A stretch of 56,437 nucleotides of DNA, the filler included, from Basidiobolus ranarum (lineage: Eukaryota), in NCBI GenBank assembly GCA_040143965.1. It is 3 parts of 3 records of this genome, joined end to end, with 100 filler letters (N's around TTAATTAATTAA, not from the genome) between each part and the next. Parts side by side here need not be neighbours in the genome. Positions count along the whole stretch, not along the records: positions 37,735 to 56,437 come from JASJQH010007145.1; 2 more parts are not named here. One strand, written 5' to 3'. Below, one piece after another: positions 50,538 to 56,437 of this stretch. The translations under genes were made by a program, and so were the position numbers. Below the pieces are notes generated by a model. It was not told where the DNA came from, did no database searches, and was given only the letters and a program-made list of their open reading frames with translations. Within the stretch, counting starts at the first letter, position 1. Each line of letters opens with the position of its first letter.

Positions 50538-50848
50538 CGCTTGGGACACATACTTGAATTTGTATTGTGGCGCATGACTAAAATTAGCAAATTGAGCATG
50601 AGTGAGAGAATGAAATGGAGGCCGTGCCCCAGATACCTGACATCACCTGCTATCAACATAATTAAGATTGTTGCCAGATTGATGCATATACAGATTGATG
50701 CATACGCTTAAACATATGATCGAATATATATATGAACCTCTATGTATACATATACGTTGGTTTGATCCTTAATTACAGACTCTGTCACTCTATGCTGAAA
50801 TGAGTAATGCTGAATAGAAACTGTAATTTAAGAATATGAGCACAATAT

Positions 50849-53800
50849 TCAATGTGTTACATTCAAATTCTGCTGCATGCAAAGACTGGCATATACTCCG
50901 TTTTGGGCTATTAACTCGTAGTGCTGGCCGGATTCAACAATTTCGCCGTTGTTAATCACAAGAATCAAATCTGCATCTTGAACGGTGCTCAAACGATGTG
51001 CTATCATAATGGTAGTGCGACCGGTTCGCGCTCGGTCGAGTGCATCTTGCACATGATTCTCCGACTCGGAATCCAAGGCCGATGTAGCCTCATCTAACAG
51101 CAGGATCTTCGGATTGCGTATCAGTGCCCGAGCAATAGCAATTCGTTGCTTCTGACCTCCGGAAAGATGGGAACCTTTGTCTCCTACTCGAGTATCATAT
51201 CCGTCAGGTAAAGAAGTAACAAAATCGTGAATGTTTGCCGCTTGAGCAGCTGCAACAACCATTGCGTGATCCATGTGCTGACCGTCAGGGATTCCATATT
51301 GAATATTCTCTCCAATGCTCATGTCAAACAAAACAGGCTCTTGACCCACGAGTGCCATATAACTTCGAACATTTGAAAGCTGAATATCACGCAAATCATG
51401 GCCATCAATGGTTATCCTACCCCCGCTAACATCATACCATCGCTCAAGAAGAGCAATAACTGTGGACTTTCCGCATCCTGAGGGGCCTACTAACGCTATC
51501 GTATTACCTGGGTTTATTTTCATATTAATGCCATCGAAGATATTTACATCAGGTCTGGTGGGATAATGGAACTTGACATCCTCCAGAGAAAGAGAGCCCA
51601 TTGGGATGAACGAAATACCATCTTCAAATGCATCAATTGCCGTATGCTTGTCAAGGAGTTCAAAAATATTGATAGCAGACTGTTTTCCCCTGACATACGC
51701 AGGGAGTTTGGCTGCCATTTCTCCTAGATTCATAGCCAAGAAAACTACGTAGAACATTGTACTAGAAAGCAAGAAAAACCAAGGATTAATAAAAATTATA
51801 AATATGGTGTAAATCAGGCAATTCCAAACTCACGTGAACATTTCACTCCATTGCATTACACCTAAACCAACAAATCGATATCCTGCATAGAATCCGGTCG
51901 CATATATCCAGAAAACTATACTTTGAGCCATTGCATAGCCGATTGCTCCTAGATATGCTTTTCGCTTGGCAAACTGGTGCGGCACGCGCATGGCATCTTC
52001 GTACCGAGCTTCAAAATGAGACTCCTTTGCTAGACAGGTAACAGTGCGTACATTCATTATTGCTTCACTTGCAATTCTACCTGACAACTCGTAAGCTTCT
52101 GCGGTCTCTTCTTCAATTACAGTAAGAGCCCAGACTTCAAAATATTCGGCCGCCACTAAGAATGGGAGCACAGCTAAGATTACTAATGTGATTCTCCAAC
52201 TGGTGTTAAAGGCGAGCGCCAAACTGAGGGTCACGGTAGTTAAGGTTTGAATGACTATCCTGATCATCTGAGATACGAGTTCATGCATGCGATAAGCATC
52301 TGTTGCTAAATGTGAGGTCAGGGAACCAGTAGAATGCTCTTCTTGATCAAAGAATCCAGCTTCCTGACTCAAAATAGCCTCAAAGCTGAGACTTCGCATT
52401 CGAAGGGCCATTCGCTCACCAATCCAACCAAATATTATTGCCGATCCACCCATAGTCAATCCCGCTGCAGTTGCTATAATAATTGTCATCAAAGCATTAA
52501 AGTTAATATTTGAGTTCCAGTCTGGTTCCTCAGGTTTCGTCAGCAGATCCCATATTTGACCGAAGTATTTTGCAAACAGTGGGAAAATCTAACGAGAATA
52601 CTCGTTATTAGTTGTTATAATCACGGAAATGTCCACTAAATGTAAACTTACTACACCAGAAGCTCCACTCAACACAATGCCTGCTAATACTAAACCAGCA
52701 TCCGGCCGCATATATTTCGCCACACGAAGTACAAGCCCTATTCGTGTTCTCTTGGCTTTTATCTCTTCTTTGTGGTGCTTCTCAGTCTCGCTCTCGACTT
52801 TTTCAATTTCGATAGTGTCCTCGTCTAATTGAGTTGTCAATTTGGATTTCGATGCCGATTGTATAGACACACGACACTCACTCGATGGTATCGTGCATGG
52901 TCTGAGAGGTTCCATATCGTTTTCAACCTTTTTTTGGTCGCAAAGATAGGACTCATTCGATAAAGACGTCACTTCAGATAAAGATAATGTTGATTCAGGT
53001 CCGACATTTTTATCAACACCTCCAGACTTAAGTTGCTGCTTCGATACAAGTTCAGCATATCTACCTTTCAATGCCAACAGGGATTCATGGGAGCCAGACT
53101 CCACTATGACTCCTTTGTCAATAACATAAATCACATCTGCATTCTTAATGGTGGAGAGCCTATGTGCTACGACAAGAGTAGAGCGTCCAGCTGACGCTTT
53201 CTCAAGGGCTTCTTGTACTATTTTCTCCGACTCGGTATCCAGTGCTGACGTAGCCTCATCTAACAGCAATATCTGAGGTTTCTTGATTATTGCACGAGCA
53301 ATTGCAATTCTCTGCTTCTGGCCACCAGATAAAAAGACTCCCCTTTCACCGACAAGGGTATCATATTTCATCGGTAGTTTCTCAATGAAATCATGCGCAT
53401 TGGCTAGACGACATGCTTCTTCAATCTCATGCTCTGTTGGCTGTAGTTGTCCATTGCGAGCCCCAAGGGTAATGTTTTCTTTGATGGTTGCATTGAATAG
53501 TACTGGCTCCTGGGAGACAGTGCCTATCATATCTCGCAAGAATGACACATTGTATGATTTGAGGTTAATATCATCAATGGTAATTGATCCAGCTATATGT
53601 GAAAGTTCAAGATTTGGTTACAAACTGAGAATTATATTCGATGCAATGACTAGTGTACTAACATGTAGGATCGTAAAGCCGTTGTAATAGCTCAACAATA
53701 GTGGACTTTCCACTTCCTGAGTGACCAACTAAAGCTACTGCCTGTCCAGGTTTAACTTGTAAACTTATGTTTTTTAGAACTGGGACGCCTGTTCTCATAG

Positions 53801-55178
53801 GGTAAGTGAAGTTTACATTTTGAAATACAATACTTCCTTTTACGCTCTCAGGCTTGTCTCCCTCATTGCTTGACGAATCAATATTGGGAGTTCGCTCAAT
53901 GACTTTAAAGATATGGTATGCGGCGCCCTGAGCTCCAGCAAATACCCCAACATTGGGGGCTACATCCCAAAGAGCGTATGCGCCTACAGTTATTCCCATG
54001 AAGACAGTCATTACTTCTTCAGCAGTCATCTCTTTGCTAGAAATTAGCTTAGCGCCATACCAGAAAGCAAGCGAATCGGGAGCAAAGACTAAAAACATAA
54101 TGAACCCAAAACCAATACCACTTAAAATGGCCTTTCTAGTCCCGCTTTTGTACGCTGTCTTGAGGTGGTTTACGTAAGCTTCGTATTCTCGCTTCTGACC
54201 ATTGAAAACATACACAGTTCGGATAGAAGAGATGGCTTGCTCAGCTATTACCCCTGCTGCAGAATAAGCATCTTGCTCCTCTGCAGAGGTCTCGACTATG
54301 TATTTCGCAATAGCCACACAACCAACTGTTCTTGGAATAAAAAGGATGAATATTCAAGTTTAATTTGATGATTGACCTATAATACTTGCCAATCATGAAG
54401 GGTAATAAAGCTAACAACACAAGTGACAAACGCCAGCCTCGAGCAAAGCTGATAACGTATCCTGCGAAGAAAGTGGCGGAGTTTGAAATAACTATGCCCA
54501 CTTTTTCAGCCATTCCATCATAAATCACTTGAGTATCAGCGCTCAAACGAGTCGTCAGAGAATCTGCCTGCTTCTTTCCAGAACTCGAATCTTCACTCCC
54601 ATCAGTCGGGGTACCAGCACCATCATGCCATGCCATATCTTGGCGTAGAACAGCATGCAAGTACTTCTCTCGGATTTGTTTGCCTTGATTCTCAGCTGAG
54701 AGGGTCCAAAAGTACATTTGACCGTAAGCAGCTACTAGTATCACCAAACCAAGAATGAAAAAATATTGAACACTACGCAAAATCTGCGACTCAGCACCGG
54801 CAGTGGTGAGGTCTATTGTAACGTCACCGAATGCAACTGCAATAAGAGCCTGCGCAACACCAGCGGTGAGAGAGCATATTATTGCCAATCTAGAGAATCA
54901 AAAACTAATCAATAAGTGCTAAGAGAAAGAAACAAGCTCAAAGCTATTCGTATAAGCAAAGCAGTAACGTACAAAATGTATAAGCGGTCCCAGAGAGACG
55001 CAAAGCGATAAAGAGAGAAATAGGGTACTGATTTCACTTCAGATTTTCTTTTGGTCGAGTTCGCTTCACCTTTTTTTAGGCCAAATAGACTCTTCAGCCA
55101 TGAGGTGGATATTCGTTGTACAGAGTTATTGTCCTGCTCTGGGGGTTCTGAAGGCTGATTATTCAAGACCGATGCCAT
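50849..55178 (-). CDS. Full-length ABCB (MDR1/P-glycoprotein-like) exporter, multi-exon
   Basis: TMD-NBD-TMD-NBD. NBD1: [52 protein letters not shown]2: [29 protein letters not shown]-terminal [25 protein letters not shown]. Confidence 0.95.
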
Positions 55179-56437
55179 CAGTGGAATATGTTGGCGATAA
55201 AAGCTAGACAGATAGTGAAGCTGGCTTAAATGGCCTCTTTAGGGGTAAGGAGGTAAGGGTTTACTTAGTTAAGAGTGATCCGTTATTGAGATAAATAGCG
55301 CTCTGACTAAAGTATCTGTACTGTGCGCTGATCGCTCAGTGGAATGAATTGATTCGGATTCAGATATCAGGGATTGTTCTAATATCCAGAGAGGAGCTAC
55401 ATGGTGTCATATGTGGGATGTCATGCAGTAAGCATAATGATGCAAGAATTATGTATTTTCTGAGATGGATCAGTGGATTGAGTGGGGACAGGAGTCAATG
55501 TAAAATATAATTTGAACAATCCATATTGTAAGTCGAAAAGTGTAAGTCGAATTTAGCCAACCGAACTTCCTTCTTATTATCCTAGAAACATACCAATTTC
55601 CTTTATTTCCCCCTTCGATATAGACATTGGCTTTCTTCTCAAAAAGCTACCATATTTCTTCTATGCAACTACGACCAAGTCTGCTATCATATTTACAGCA
55701 TCGCAAACTGCTTTCGATTGCTTGCATTTCAATCATGAGGTGTTGCAAATGTATGCTACTCAAAAAGATTGCCCAAGCGATCCTAGGCAAGTATTGTGAT
55801 GCAAAAATTTAATTACTAAACTTTTGCCATTCTCGTGAGATATGAATTGTTGGCGTACTTGTGAGATATTAGTAGTTATGGGACTACCTGTCCAAATACG
55901 GAAAGATGTAACTCTGTTTTTGGCTTAGTCACAAATAGTGTAGTTATTTGGTTACCATTCAGGAGTAAACAAGAAATGGCAAAATGCCAAATCAGTAAGT
56001 TGAATAACCATGCATACAAAGCATGTAGAGTATAGTACCTCCTGCAAGGACAGTACAGACTACCAATCTTTGCTAGTACTAAAAAATTAGGCTGAAGCAG
56101 ACAACATCAATGATATTGTGCACTTATTTTCTCACATGCTTGCTGCACAGAGAAGAGGAGGTCCTATAATGAAAGTGAAGATTACCAAATGCTGAGAAAC
56201 AATAGTATTGCATCCAAGAGAAAAGTGATAGACAGTCTTGAACTTAGGGGGATGAAAAGCACTGGGTGGTGTGGACTTTATTTAGCTTATATACTAGGGG
56301 GATGATAAACACCAGAAGGTGTAATATTTATTTATCAATTTACACAAAGTCAATAAATAAATAAGCCAAGGTAGAACATAATATTCAAAGATAAAGTCAA
56401 GAAGTTGACAAAGCTGAGTTTCCTAGTAAGCTAGGCC

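Noticed and set aside
50332-50659. ORFs with ILILLLILLL / VSVTVSVT repeats as membrane peptides
   Set aside because: Translation by-products of the 12-bp minisatellite.

Overview
Eukaryotic, AT-rich, intron-rich DNA from an early-diverging fungus. The gene content, short GT-AG introns and a bacterial-type NRPS suggest a Zoopagomycota/Mucoromycota lineage such as Basidiobolus; this is an inference. The window is not one locus. It joins three segments of near-equal, decreasing length (1-18779, 18880-37634, 37735-56437) with 100-bp N-TTAATTAATTAA-N linkers. Segment 1: peptidase inhibitor I9, MFS sugar porter, beta-carbonic anhydrase, chitin synthase, MATH-BTB protein, RhoGEF-BAR-SH3 protein, tandem-PAS protein and Stc1-domain protein. 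Segment 2: alpha-arrestin, an orphan secreted cationic protein whose 3' flank recurs inverted at the contig start, glycogen branching enzyme, M17 aminopeptidase, CsbD-repeat protein, Afi1/MesA-like protein and a truncated glutamate-cysteine ligase. Segment 3: truncated Gly-rich secreted protein, TRAIP-like RING protein, PA-M28 aminopeptidase, an ACS-family MFS pseudogene, a second beta-carbonic anhydrase, an intronless bacterial-type NRPS module (partial C-A-T-TE) and an adjacent ABCB/MDR exporter. The most interesting signals are the NRPS, whose ORF is intact although most catalytic residues are substituted, and the apparently duplicated orphan secreted-peptide locus.
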